This document shows positions 39,023-48,489 of a stretch of DNA of 64,000 bases, in pieces. The stretch is from an uncultured Gammaproteobacteria bacterium. Its GTDB lineage: Bacteria; Patescibacteriota; Patescibacteriia; Magasanikbacterales; UBA922. The DNA lies in the NCBI GenBank assembly GCA_964522435.1, contig CAZFUL010000002.1, positions 44,631 to 108,630 of the forward strand. The letters run 5' to 3'. Positions within the stretch are counted from its first letter, which is position 1; every line of letters begins with the position of its first letter. Position numbers and translations under genes: made by a program. The notes beneath the pieces were generated by a model, which worked only from the letters and a program-made list of their open reading frames with translations, was not told where the DNA came from and searched no databases.

Positions 39023-41305
39023 ATGTATATGCTTTACAAAACACAAACGTTTTCTGTTAAGGGGATGCATTGCGCGTCATGCTCCAATATTATTCAAAGA
39101 AAGCTTAAGAAGATTGAAGGAGTAAGTAATGCAGAAGTAAATTATGGTACAGAAACAGCAACGGTTGCCTTTGATGAAAGTAAAACGAACTCGCATCATC
39201 TATCAGAAGCCATCAAACCTCTCGGGTACTCTCTGGTGATGGCCCAAACAGAAAATCATTCCGTACATGCAGGGGCAAACCAATCTAAAGAGGAAAAACA
39301 AAGAGAAATGAAAGATTTTAGAATAAAGGTTATGTCAGTAATTCCTTTGGCGATGTTTAGCATACTCCTAATGGCTTGGGATATATTTGGGCAACTAGAT
39401 ATACTTGCTGAACCATCTAACGTGCTAAAAGAATTTTTTCACCATCTTCTTCCCATTTTTGCAACCTATACGCTTTTTATTGTCGGTAAGCCATACATTC
39501 TTGGGGTATATCGTTTTTTGCGTTACGGTAAAGCAAACATGGATACCCTTATTGGTATTGGAACATTGGTCGCATTTTTGTATAGTTTTATTGTTTCAGC
39601 ATTTGAAGAATCACTTGCTCCGTATATTAATGTAGAGCACAGCTACTACGATGTTACGATCGTGGTTATTGCGTTTATCACTCTTGGAAAATATTTGGAG
39701 GCGACATCAAAGATTAAAACAGGTGATGCTATTGAAAAGCTTCTCAATCTTCAATCAAAAACTGCGCTTATTATCCGAGATGGACAGGAAATAGAAGTTC
39801 CTATTATTGATGTTAAACATGATGATAGTATTATTGTAAAACCTGCCTCAAGAGTTCCAGTGGATGGTGTTATTGTTGAAGGATCCTCTTTTATTGATGA
39901 ATCAATGATTACGGGTGAGCCTATGCCCGTGGAAAAAAAAATAGGGGATACGGTTGTTGCGGGCACGATGAATACGTCAGGAAGCTTCACCTTTAGCGTA
40001 ACAAAAGTTGGGTCAGAAACTTTTTTATCTTCTATTATTCGTATGGTTCAAGAGGCGCAAGGCAGTAAGGCGCCAATTCAAGCATTGGCAGATAAAATTT
40101 CTTCTGTCTTTGTACCTATAGTAATGGTGCTTTCATGTGTTGCACTTGCGCTGTGGCTGCTTATTGGGACACAATATGTTGGTTTTTCACAAGCGCTTTC
40201 GTATGGGCTTACTTCTTTTGTTGGGATTCTTGTTATTGCCTGTCCTTGTGCCTTAGGTCTTGCAACCCCAACAGCCATAATAGTAGGTGTTGGAAAAGGT
40301 GCACGAGAAGGAATTCTTATTAAAGACGCTGCAACCCTTCAAAAATTTCATAAAGTAACTACTCTTTTGGTAGATAAAACAGGCACGATAACAAAAGGAA
40401 AACCCGAGGTGGTGTCAGTAAAAGCACTTGCTGATATGTCTGAAGAAAGAATTATTTCTACTCTTGCTGCTTTGGAATCTCGCTCAGAACACCCCATTGC
40501 ACATGCAATTATTTCTTATGCAAAAGAACGATCGCTTAACATATCAGAAGTTCAAGAGTTTGAACTCGTTAAAGGAAAAGGCATAACAGGAAACGTAGAG
40601 GGGGTTGTCTATGTTGCTGGAAATAGTACGCTCATTGCTGATACACATCTTTCATTTGATAAGACAGCATTTCTTGAAGAAACGAAGCAAGGAAAAACGC
40701 CTGTGATGTTGGCAAATAAAGAAAGCGTTTTGGGTATTGTTATGGTAGCAGATAAGATAAAGCCTGAAGCAAAAGATGCTGTTGAACAATTAGATCAGCT
40801 TGGGATAAAAGTTATTATGTTAACAGGTGATGATAAACATACCGCCCGTTTTATCGCTGATCAAGCAGGAATTGATGAAGTCGTTGCAGAAGTGTTGCCT
40901 CAAGACAAATTAGAAAAAATTAAAGAATTACAACAAAAAGGTGAAATTGTTGCTATGGCAGGAGATGGGGTGAATGATGCTCCAGCGCTTGCTCAAGCAG
41001 ATGTTGGAGTCGCTATGGCAACAGGAACCGATGTAGCAATTGAATCAGCAGGAATTACACTCCTACACGGAGACATGTCCAAGCTCGTCAAGGCGATAAA
41101 ACTTTCTAACATAACGATGCGAGGAATAAAACAAAATTTGTTTTGGGCGTTTATTTATAATATTATTGGTATACCCCTTGCTGCAGGATTGTTTTTTCCT
41201 GTCTTTGGGTGGCTTCTCAATCCTGTATTTGCTGGTGCGGCCATGGCCTTTAGTTCTGTTTCTGTTGTATTAAATTCTTTACGTTTAAAACAACGCAAGC
41301 TTTAA
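39023..41305 (+). CDS. copA: Copper-translocating P1B-type ATPase
   Basis: GMHCASC HMA domain, TGE, CPCALGLATP, DKTGT, SEHP, GDGVND, YN and MAFSS. Confidence 0.95.
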   Translation: MYMLYKTQTFSVKGMHCASCSNIIQRKLKKIEGVSNAEVNYGTETATVAFDESKTNSHHLSEAIKPLGYSLVMAQTENHSVHAGANQSKEEKQREMKDFRIKVMSVIPLAMFSILLMAWDIFGQLDILAEPSNVLKEFFHHLLPIFATYTLFIVGKPYILGVYRFLRYGKANMDTLIGIGTLVAFLYSFIVSAFEESLAPYINVEHSYYDVTIVVIAFITLGKYLEATSKIKTGDAIEKLLNLQSKTALIIRDGQEIEVPIIDVKHDDSIIVKPASRVPVDGVIVEGSSFIDESMITGEPMPVEKKIGDTVVAGTMNTSGSFTFSVTKVGSETFLSSIIRMVQEAQGSKAPIQALADKISSVFVPIVMVLSCVALALWLLIGTQYVGFSQALSYGLTSFVGILVIACPCALGLATPTAIIVGVGKGAREGILIKDAATLQKFHKVTTLLVDKTGTITKGKPEVVSVKALADMSEERIISTLAALESRSEHPIAHAIISYAKERSLNISEVQEFELVKGKGITGNVEGVVYVAGNSTLIADTHLSFDKTAFLEETKQGKTPVMLANKESVLGIVMVADKIKPEAKDAVEQLDQLGIKVIMLTGDDKHTARFIADQAGIDEVVAEVLPQDKLEKIKELQQKGEIVAMAGDGVNDAPALAQADVGVAMATGTDVAIESAGITLLHGDMSKLVKAIKLSNITMRGIKQNLFWAFIYNIIGIPLAAGLFFPVFGWLLNPVFAGAAMAFSSVSVVLNSLRLKQRKL

Positions 41306-41314
41306 TTTTTATAT

Positions 41315-42307
41315 ATGGAAAATACTAATCTTATTGTTATTTTTATCACAGGACTTATTACGGGTGGATTAACCTGTCTTGCGACACAAGGAGGATTGTT
41401 AGCGAGTACTATTGCACAACGAGAAGAAGAACGCCTCAAAGAAGGAGTAACACAGGGGAATGCCAAACCAATCTTCTACTTTATACTAGCTAAACTTGTT
41501 GCGTATACGCTTTTAGGGTTTCTTTTGGGGTGGTTTGGGTCTCTTTTTCAACTCTCAATTAAAGCACAAGCCATTATGCAATTTGTGGTTGCAATTTTTA
41601 TGATCGGTACCGCGTTGAATCTTTTGAATGTTCATCCAATTTTCCGTTATGTTGTTATTCAGCCACCAAAATTTCTGACTCGTCTTGTGCGAAGTACCTC
41701 AAAGAGTAAAGACCTCTTTGCTCCAGCATTGCTTGGTGCGTTTACGGTATTTATTCCCTGTGGTACGACACAAGCCATGATGGCACTCTCTATTGGATCA
41801 GCAAGTCCACTCTATGGTGCGGCTATTCTTTTTGCCTTTGTCCTTGGAACCTCACCCTTGTTTTTTATTCTGGGGTACTTTGCGACAAAATTGGGTGATG
41901 CTTACCAAAAGAAATTTTTTAGGGTTGCGGCCGTTGCTATTATTCTTTTGGCATTATATAACGTAAAAGGTGCGCTTGTATTAAGTGGATTTAATATTGG
42001 GGGAGAGGCTAAAGCAGAGCTTTCAACACCAATTTCTACTAGTGATGAGGTTACGATCCAGGTTCAACCGTCTGGATACAGTCCAAATACTATATTTGTA
42101 AAAGCTGGATCCACAGTTACCTTGCATATTGAAAATGATGATGCATATACCTGTGCTCAGGCATTTACAATTCCCAAACTGGGTATTCAAGAAATAGTCG
42201 CTCCTGGTCAACAACGTACCATTGAGTTTACGGCGCCGTCGAAAGCGGGAAATATTGTTTTTTCTTGTAGTATGGGAATGTATAAAGGCATTATTACTGT
42301 TATATAA
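41315..42307 (+). CDS. DsbD_2/TauE-like membrane protein fused to a cupredoxin domain
   Basis: TCLATQGG, FIPCG, C-terminal FSCSMGMY. Confidence 0.8.
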   Translation: MENTNLIVIFITGLITGGLTCLATQGGLLASTIAQREEERLKEGVTQGNAKPIFYFILAKLVAYTLLGFLLGWFGSLFQLSIKAQAIMQFVVAIFMIGTALNLLNVHPIFRYVVIQPPKFLTRLVRSTSKSKDLFAPALLGAFTVFIPCGTTQAMMALSIGSASPLYGAAILFAFVLGTSPLFFILGYFATKLGDAYQKKFFRVAAVAIILLALYNVKGALVLSGFNIGGEAKAELSTPISTSDEVTIQVQPSGYSPNTIFVKAGSTVTLHIENDDAYTCAQAFTIPKLGIQEIVAPGQQRTIEFTAPSKAGNIVFSCSMGMYKGIITVI

Positions 42308-42312
42308 TCTAT

Positions 42313-42528
42313 ATGGAAAAAAAGATTCAGATCAACATTGAGGGGATGCACTGTACCAGTTGTGCGATGAATATCGACGGGGAGCTTGAAGATATGGGAG
42401 TTAAAGAATCTAGTACAAATTATGCGAAAAGTAACGCAACGGTTACTTTTGATGAGAGTAAAATTTCTGAAGAAAGTATTGTGGAGGCTATCAAAAAATT
42501 AGGCTATCTAGCAAATATTTCAGAATAA
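42313..42528 (+). CDS. copZ: Copper chaperone (HMA domain)
   Basis: IEGMHCTSC, terminal LGY. Confidence 0.88.
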   Translation: MEKKIQINIEGMHCTSCAMNIDGELEDMGVKESSTNYAKSNATVTFDESKISEESIVEAIKKLGYLANISE

Positions 42529-42569
42529 AATTTTTTATTTAATTTAAATTATATTGAAAATCTTAAACA

Positions 42570-42604
42570 AAAAACCCTGCACTAGAACGGTGCAGGGTTT
42601 TTTA
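42570..42604. terminator. Bidirectional terminator
   Basis: AAAAAACCCTGCAC-TAGAACG-GTGCAGGGTTTTTT. Confidence 0.8.
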
Positions 42605-42713
42605 TCCTGTTTTCATTTTTATGACAACGAAGATTGATACAAATGAAAATGGGCTGGGGGAGAGTCCAGCTCTCCCACCCTCCTATTTTTTTGTGCAGTG
42701 GCTAATCCTGCGG

Positions 42714-43133
42714 CTAGCGGCGGCGCGTGAGTCCGAATTTGAAGAACTCCCACAGAATCGCGCCAAACACGTCATTGTGGATCTGGTGGATCTGCCGGCA
42801 TTCGCCAATCAGTCGCGGATGCGTGATGCTCTCGAAGCCCCGGGGCATCAAGAAGTCATCATCGGCGATGCCCGCCACGATGGCCGCGTCGAAGATGTCG
42901 GTGAACGCCGCTTCTTCCTGGTCGGAAGAAAGCCCCTGAAACAGCCGCTCCCAGGCCGTGAGCGCCTTGGCGCTGCTCCGTGAAAACACCCACGTCCAGA
43001 AGGTTGGTCTCGGCAGCGCGACCCAGCCCGCATCTGTCTTTGCTTGAGTGCTGATTGGAGGTCGCTGTTTCGGGAAGGTGCTGAAGTATTTCACCCTGTC
43101 CCCGTGGTTGATACCTGTGATCAGGAAGATCAT
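42714..43133 (-). CDS. GC-rich orphan hypothetical protein (139 aa)
   Basis: AAGGAG SD 6 nt before ATG (MIFLITG), own TTGACA, GC3-rich codons. Confidence 0.6.
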   Translation of the reverse strand: MIFLITGINHGDRVKYFSTFPKQRPPISTQAKTDAGWVALPRPTFWTWVFSRSSAKALTAWERLFQGLSSDQEEAAFTDIFDAAIVAGIADDDFLMPRGFESITHPRLIGECRQIHQIHNDVFGAILWEFFKFGLTRRR

Positions 43134-43208
43134 GCGTTGCTCCTTGGTGGATATGGCAGTATTGCCATGACCGCAGTACACAAAAAAAACGAGCTTTTGT
43201 CAAGCCGA

Positions 43209-43243
43209 GCAATTAACATTTAACAATTAGCAATTAACAAATT
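43209..43243. repeat. Heptanucleotide tandem repeat (RCAATTA-like, about 5 units)
   Basis: GCAATTA ACATTTA ACAATTA GCAATTA ACAAATT. Confidence 0.6.
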
Positions 43244-43280
43244 TGTTTATTAATTATGTATCCTAAATCAACATCGTTTG

Positions 43281-43769
43281 TTAATTGATTTCCACAATAG
43301 TAAAAATTTTTTTATTGAATGTAATTGTTTCTCCCAATTTTTTGCCAAGTAATAGATTCCCCAAGGGAGAGGTATGAGAAATAATACCTTTTGCCGGATT
43401 CGTTTCTGCTGATCCTAAAATCGTATAGCTTCGTTGCTCTGCCGTATCACTCATGATAGTAACGGTATGACCAATCTGCACGCGGTTGTTGTCTTGTTGA
43501 GGAGAAATAATCTGCGCATGATTCAGTTGCGCCTCTAATTCTAAAATAGTCTGGTTGATTCCACGCAGCCGACCTTTGGCTAATTGATATTCAACGTTTT
43601 CAGAAAAATCACCCATCTCTGCTAGGCGACTTACTTCTTGTGCAGCAGCAGGGCGTTCTGCATAGAGGCGGTCTAATTTTTTTTGTAAGGCCTCAAATTT
43701 TTGCTGGCTTAATATATTATCCCGTGTTTGATGGGTGTATTTGCCAGGTTTGCGGTAAGGGAGTTGCAT
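43281..43769 (-). CDS. GreA/GreB family transcription elongation factor
   Basis: GDFSENVEY..AK, YTILG..E.NP..G.IS..SPLG..LLGKK.GE. Confidence 0.9.
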   Translation of the reverse strand: MQLPYRKPGKYTHQTRDNILSQQKFEALQKKLDRLYAERPAAAQEVSRLAEMGDFSENVEYQLAKGRLRGINQTILELEAQLNHAQIISPQQDNNRVQIGHTVTIMSDTAEQRSYTILGSAETNPAKGIISHTSPLGNLLLGKKLGETITFNKKIFTIVEIN

Positions 43770-43777
43770 ACAATCGG

Positions 43778-45616
43778 TTACTGAACACTAATTCCTTTTT
43801 TTTGTCCAATGACATCTTCTGCAAGCGAGGTATCAATCCCACTGTGTTCTTGTACGATTTGTGTTTCAATAAAGGTGTCAAAGCCTTCTACTTGAATAGG
43901 TAATAGTAAGGGGAGTACTTTTCCGCGATCTGCTTCTGTTGGGGTAATCGCAAGTTCAATATTTGCACTCACGGTTTGTCCAGGGAGTATTTCGCGTAAA
44001 TCCCAGCGAATATATCTATTTGTTGCTGTATATTGCAGAGGTGTTCCGTGGCTGACACTATGACGATCTGTCCAGACTACCGTATTGGGAAGTCGGGTAG
44101 TTAATACCATATCACGTACCCGACTGGTGGTATTTTGTATTCTAATAATGGCCCAGTATTTTGTTTCTTTTCCTACTTGTGGCGGAAGAGGACCACGTCC
44201 TAATTGATCGCCTTCATTGGTATAGTAGCGGCTGGTTGCCATAATAGAGAGATGCGTGCCAACCATAACTGCATTGCTTGTCGCAGTTTTTTGAATGCGT
44301 CGTTGCTCTGCTATACCGCTTACTACGGCAGAAATAGTCGGAGAAAACGATAATCGAAGATTGTTACCACGTAATACGGTTCTGAGAGGAAGCACAATTT
44401 GTATTGTTTGTGAACTGCCTGGAGCAAGATTGGCTAATGCAGCAGAATGATTTTCTGTCATCACAAAGGTATTCCCTCTATAACTGCCAATATTTTCCTG
44501 ACGAAATGCGGTCATATTGATGTGCTCGTCGAGCGGCAGTTGTAATTCCAGTGCTTCAAACGCCTGGTCCCCAGTATTGGTGATATCAAGCGTGAGAATG
44601 GTCTGTTTTCCAGGAGAAAGAGCGGTATCTCCGACACGGGCTGCAATTTGTATGGCAGGGTGCACGACCTGAACGATTTGTTCAAAAGAATTTTGTGGAA
44701 TAGTCGTATTATTTACCAAAATGCTTGGAGTAATGCGTAGTGGGACAGCGGTGATGTCGTCTGAAACAGTAATGGTAACCTCCCCGCGAATCGTCACCGG
44801 GGTGTTTGGCGGGAGAAGGGGAATAGTAAGGGTATTGTTATCAATAACACCCAGAGTACTGGTAACGTTGCTCAATGTCATACCAGAACCAAGAAAAAGG
44901 GGTAATGAGAGTGCTGGAATAGCCGTGGATCCTTTGTGTTCTATGATAATAGCTATCGGGACTGGGGTGTTTGCAATAATGGTGGAAGGCAGGGTTGCTT
45001 GTATACTGAGCGCTGAGTCAGGGAGATTTTGCACAATACGGACAATTTTAATTTCTTCTTCAGTACGGCCTGGTTGGGTATACGAAAGAGTAGCGGTAAT
45101 ATGATCTTCTTCATTGGGAATGGCATAGATAATACCATCAACCGTAAATGCGGTTGACCCACCGGGAACAATATCGGTTATATGAATAACATGATCTTCT
45201 ATGTGAAATGTTTCTGGCAAGGTACTGCTATTAATAACAAAACCCGCAGGTAAGTTGAGGGCAACGCGAGGATTCACAAGCGTGACATCACTATTGTTTG
45301 TTATATGAAGCCGGTAGCTATTTGGTTCACCACTTTGAATGCGGTCTTGGTTACTCGTAAGTTCTAACCGCACGAGAGAGGTTACCGTGGGGTCATAGTG
45401 AAACCAAAAGATAGTACTGCCAATAAGAGCAACAATACTTGCAAGCAGTAAGAGGTCAAAGAAAAATAATTTTTTTGCATGACGAAAAGTAAGATGATAT
45501 TTTTGTTGATAGTGGCGTTCAGCTACATGCAGGGGAGAAGACAGGAATGCTAAAAACCATTTGTGTGGTGCATGAAACAGCTGGTGTTTGGTAAGGTGTT
45601 GTTCTACGTATTTCAT
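43778..45616 (-). CDS. Membrane-anchored Ig-like/DUF11-like repeat protein
   Basis: One TM followed by beta-rich repeats (ITNNSD, ITNTGD, LAPGSS); GPLPPQVGKETKY. Confidence 0.65.
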   Translation of the reverse strand: MKYVEQHLTKHQLFHAPHKWFLAFLSSPLHVAERHYQQKYHLTFRHAKKLFFFDLLLLASIVALIGSTIFWFHYDPTVTSLVRLELTSNQDRIQSGEPNSYRLHITNNSDVTLVNPRVALNLPAGFVINSSTLPETFHIEDHVIHITDIVPGGSTAFTVDGIIYAIPNEEDHITATLSYTQPGRTEEEIKIVRIVQNLPDSALSIQATLPSTIIANTPVPIAIIIEHKGSTAIPALSLPLFLGSGMTLSNVTSTLGVIDNNTLTIPLLPPNTPVTIRGEVTITVSDDITAVPLRITPSILVNNTTIPQNSFEQIVQVVHPAIQIAARVGDTALSPGKQTILTLDITNTGDQAFEALELQLPLDEHINMTAFRQENIGSYRGNTFVMTENHSAALANLAPGSSQTIQIVLPLRTVLRGNNLRLSFSPTISAVVSGIAEQRRIQKTATSNAVMVGTHLSIMATSRYYTNEGDQLGRGPLPPQVGKETKYWAIIRIQNTTSRVRDMVLTTRLPNTVVWTDRHSVSHGTPLQYTATNRYIRWDLREILPGQTVSANIELAITPTEADRGKVLPLLLPIQVEGFDTFIETQIVQEHSGIDTSLAEDVIGQKKGISVQ

Positions 45617-45717
45617 AAAAAAGGGGAGAGAAAAGAGTGATGCTAGTATAGCAGGTTTTTTAATAGAACTCGAAATATGCTATACTGTTCTGACAGAAAA
45701 GTAAAAAAGCCTCATGA

Positions 45718-46059
45718 TTATGAGGCTCTATCGGCTGATTCATCAGCGAGCGGGGGTGATGGTTTAACCAATTTTTTACTTGGAGAGTATAGTTTATTGT
45801 TAATATTCCATTTACTGACATATTGTCCTATACCGCTTTTATTGGTTTTGTTTCGAACAGTGGTTTTTTCTTGAGACCATTTGACCAGACTTTCAAAATG
45901 AATTTTATAGCGGCCAGCAACGACAATATAAATAACTTCTTCTTGTTTAATGGCGCGGCGAATCGTTTGTTGGCTTACGCCAAATAAGCGTGCTGCCTCT
46001 GAAATAGAGACACGGATCATTTCTTTTTGAGAATCATTGGATAAAGAGGCGTGATTCAT
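45718..46059 (-). CDS. Small excisionase/MerR-like HTH DNA-binding protein
   Basis: VSISEAARLFGVSQQTIRRAIK...GRYKI. Confidence 0.8.
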   Translation of the reverse strand: MNHASLSNDSQKEMIRVSISEAARLFGVSQQTIRRAIKQEEVIYIVVAGRYKIHFESLVKWSQEKTTVRNKTNKSGIGQYVSKWNINNKLYSPSKKLVKPSPPLADESADRAS

Positions 46060-46064
46060 AGAAA

Positions 46065-46168
46065 GTTTGTATATACTAGCGTATACAAACATATCATAGT
46101 ATCGAGTGTTTGTCAAGCAGTTTTTATGAGCGGTATGTAGTTTTTGTATAGACTAGTGTATACAAAAA
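46065..46168 (-). promoter_or_regulatory. Promoter of the HTH gene flanked by two palindromic operators
   Basis: TTTGTATAnACTAGnGTATACAAA at 46066-46089 and 46143-46166; TTGACA-N17-TATGTT on the minus strand (46088-46116). Confidence 0.7.
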
Positions 46169-46351
46169 TGTCATTTCACCCGAGTACACGAATAGACTTG
46201 ATGGCTGTTTTCCTTCCGTGATGTACGCAGCAACGAACAAAAAATATGGTATAGTAGCCCTCGTAACCTTGATTATTTCGCTGTTTTCTGCTAAGATTTA
46301 CGCGATTTGGCGCAGACGTATCTTTATTGAATATCGTGAGATTGATTAAAG

Positions 46352-46377
46352 TGTAACATTTTTCTTAAATCCCCGTC
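46352..46377 (+). promoter_or_regulatory. ECF-type promoter of the sigma factor gene
   Basis: TGTAAC-N16-CGTC, ending 7 nt before the ATG. Confidence 0.65.
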
Positions 46378-46384
46378 TTCTTAT

Positions 46385-46939
46385 ATGAAGAGCCTCAACA
46401 CCATAATTCAAGAAAAAACATTGTTGTACAGGATTAGTGTTCATAAAGACGCAGATGCCTATGCAACAATGTATGATGTGTATGTTGAGAAAATATATCG
46501 CTTTGTGTTTTTTAAAGTAAATAATACCCAAGAAGCAGAAGATATAACCAGTGATGTGTTTTTAAAAGTCTGGCAATATCTTATTTCTGAAAAAGGAAAA
46601 TCTGTATCGCATTTAAGCGGATTATTATATAGAACCGCAAGAAATTGTATTATTGATACCTACCGAGAACGAGCCAAAAAGCCAACAACCTCGCTCGATC
46701 AAGCCGAACAACTCCCTGATGAATCTCACAAACATGACATTCATATAAAAGAAGAGTATCGGCAGCTCCTTGCATCACTTACCTCATTAAAACAAGAATA
46801 TCAAGATGTGCTCTTACTCAGATATGTGGAAGAAATGAGCATGTCAGAAATCTGTCGTATTTTAGAAAAAAAACCATCCGCGGTGCGCGTATTATTGCAT
46901 AGAGCCACAAAAAAATTGCAAGAACTCCACCATATATAA
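46385..46939 (+). CDS. ECF RNA polymerase sigma factor
   Basis: Region 2 AEDITSDVFLKVW..LYRTARN..ID; region 4 LLLRYVEEMS..EI..IL..VRVLLHRA. Confidence 0.92.
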   Translation: MKSLNTIIQEKTLLYRISVHKDADAYATMYDVYVEKIYRFVFFKVNNTQEAEDITSDVFLKVWQYLISEKGKSVSHLSGLLYRTARNCIIDTYRERAKKPTTSLDQAEQLPDESHKHDIHIKEEYRQLLASLTSLKQEYQDVLLLRYVEEMSMSEICRILEKKPSAVRVLLHRATKKLQELHHI

Positions 46940-46942
46940 TAT

Positions 46943-48163
46943 ATGAACAAACGATTGCGTGAACAATTAAGATCGTTAAAGCAAGAACATGCTTCTTTGC
47001 GCCCATCACAAAACTGGGTTGTTTCGCATAAAGAACGGTTGCTCACGCAAATTAAAAATACCGTGACCGAAGAACAACAGGTGCCTGTGTTAGTTCGTGT
47101 ACAGCATGTGGTGAGTAGCATGTTTTCTACCCAGCGTGTGCTTGCGTTTCGAGGAGCGTTTGCTGTGGTATTAGTGGTTGGATTAGCAACCAGTGGTTTA
47201 GTTGCGAGTGCAAGTCCATTACCACGAGACCTGTTATTTAATGTAAAAGTGGCAATGGTGACCGTAACCGGAAATGCAAAAGCAAAAGGCAAATTACATC
47301 TCGACGAAGCAAATTATCAAGCACAAGAGTTACAACGAAAAGTTGCTACGGGATCATCTGAACAAAAAGACGTTGAAAAACAATTGAAAAAAATTAAAAA
47401 GCAAGTAGATTCTGCAAAAAAAACATTAGATAATGCACAAGAAGCAGATAGAACGGTGTTAGCAAAAGATTTAACGAAAGAAACCACGACCATTGCACAA
47501 TCATTAAAAGAAGTAACCGATGGTGCTGCGACAACAGACGCGACGGTAAAAGAAGTAACCGCGGTCCGACAAGATGTATTGTTAGCAGGGATTGATGGGT
47601 TGGTCGTATTAGGAGAACTCATTGATCAGCCAACGGATAGTTTAGGAGCACAAGAAGTCACAGAAATTCAACAAGTAGTAGAAGAAAAAATTGTGGTTAT
47701 TTTAGAAGAAGCCGAAGCAATAAAACAACAAGTGATTGAAGATACAAAAGTGATTGTTTCTGAACAACAATCCACAACCACCCTGCAAGCGGTGATAGGA
47801 TCAACAACACCAGCAATGAGTGATACCACAGCCTCTTCAACCAGTAATAACGTATCGTCTACCCCTGTATCTGTACAGCAACAAGTAGAAAAAGATATAC
47901 AAACATTAAGTGAAAGTGCGCAAAAAACAGATACGGCGGTTACACAGGTAAAAGAATTACTCGGAGAAAATCAAGTAGGAAAAGCCGTGGAAGCGGTGAA
48001 ACAATTACAAACGATTGCCCAAGAAACAGAAGCGGTATTAATTAATGTACGAGAAGTGATTAAAACCAATACTGAACCATCAACCACTGCCACGCTGCCT
48101 GCCGCAACAACTACGGTAATATCACCAACCACGACCCTGCCTGCGCCAGCAACAACATTATAA
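46943..48163 (+). CDS. Putative anti-sigma membrane protein (DUF5667-like coiled coil)
   Basis: 3 nt after sigma; one TM followed by SPLPRDLLFNVK (cf. SLPGDxLYxVK); long helical extracellular part; Thr-rich tail. Confidence 0.65.
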   Translation: MNKRLREQLRSLKQEHASLRPSQNWVVSHKERLLTQIKNTVTEEQQVPVLVRVQHVVSSMFSTQRVLAFRGAFAVVLVVGLATSGLVASASPLPRDLLFNVKVAMVTVTGNAKAKGKLHLDEANYQAQELQRKVATGSSEQKDVEKQLKKIKKQVDSAKKTLDNAQEADRTVLAKDLTKETTTIAQSLKEVTDGAATTDATVKEVTAVRQDVLLAGIDGLVVLGELIDQPTDSLGAQEVTEIQQVVEEKIVVILEEAEAIKQQVIEDTKVIVSEQQSTTTLQAVIGSTTPAMSDTTASSTSNNVSSTPVSVQQQVEKDIQTLSESAQKTDTAVTQVKELLGENQVGKAVEAVKQLQTIAQETEAVLINVREVIKTNTEPSTTATLPAATTTVISPTTTLPAPATTL

Positions 48164-48252
48164 ATACAGGTAGTGATGACGATAGTCGCTTCGATTGTAT
48201 CGGCATCATCCCTGTGTTTGTAAAAACACACGTTAATAGAAGATTATATACA

Positions 48253-48364
48253 GCTCCCAGTACTGTATGGCTCTGCTTTCTATCCGCCGATGAGGCGAAT
48301 GGAAAGCGACTGCCATACGGTAGCCCAAATCTACCGGGCAGGGGAGCAGCCTCCCGCAAGGGAG
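48253..48364 (+). ncRNA. Candidate structured 5' leader RNA of the S-layer-like gene
   Basis: Nested stems GCTCCC/GGGAGC, TACTGTATGGC/GCCATACGGTA, GCTTTC/GAAAGC, CGCC/GGCG, GCCC/GGGC, then CTCCC-GCAA-GGGAG. Confidence 0.55.
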
Positions 48365-48489
48365 AACATATCATTAGAAAAGTCGACTCTGGAATTCCAG
48401 GGAATGATATGCTAATAAAAATTCCTTATTTTGGAAGATTTGTTCCTTTTATAGGAATAAACGCTTTCAGATAAGCAGTATACTTACTT

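Noticed and set aside
38616-43200. Copper cluster as an att-bounded genomic island
   Set aside because: No third copy of the tRNA-Gln 3' end and no integrase found after the cluster; acquisition remains possible but unsupported
45718-46059. Excisionase indicating a prophage
   Set aside because: No integrase or phage genes nearby; flanked by cellular genes
48214-48474. 86-aa ORF in the S-layer leader
   Set aside because: No recognisable protein features; the sequence is better explained by RNA base pairing
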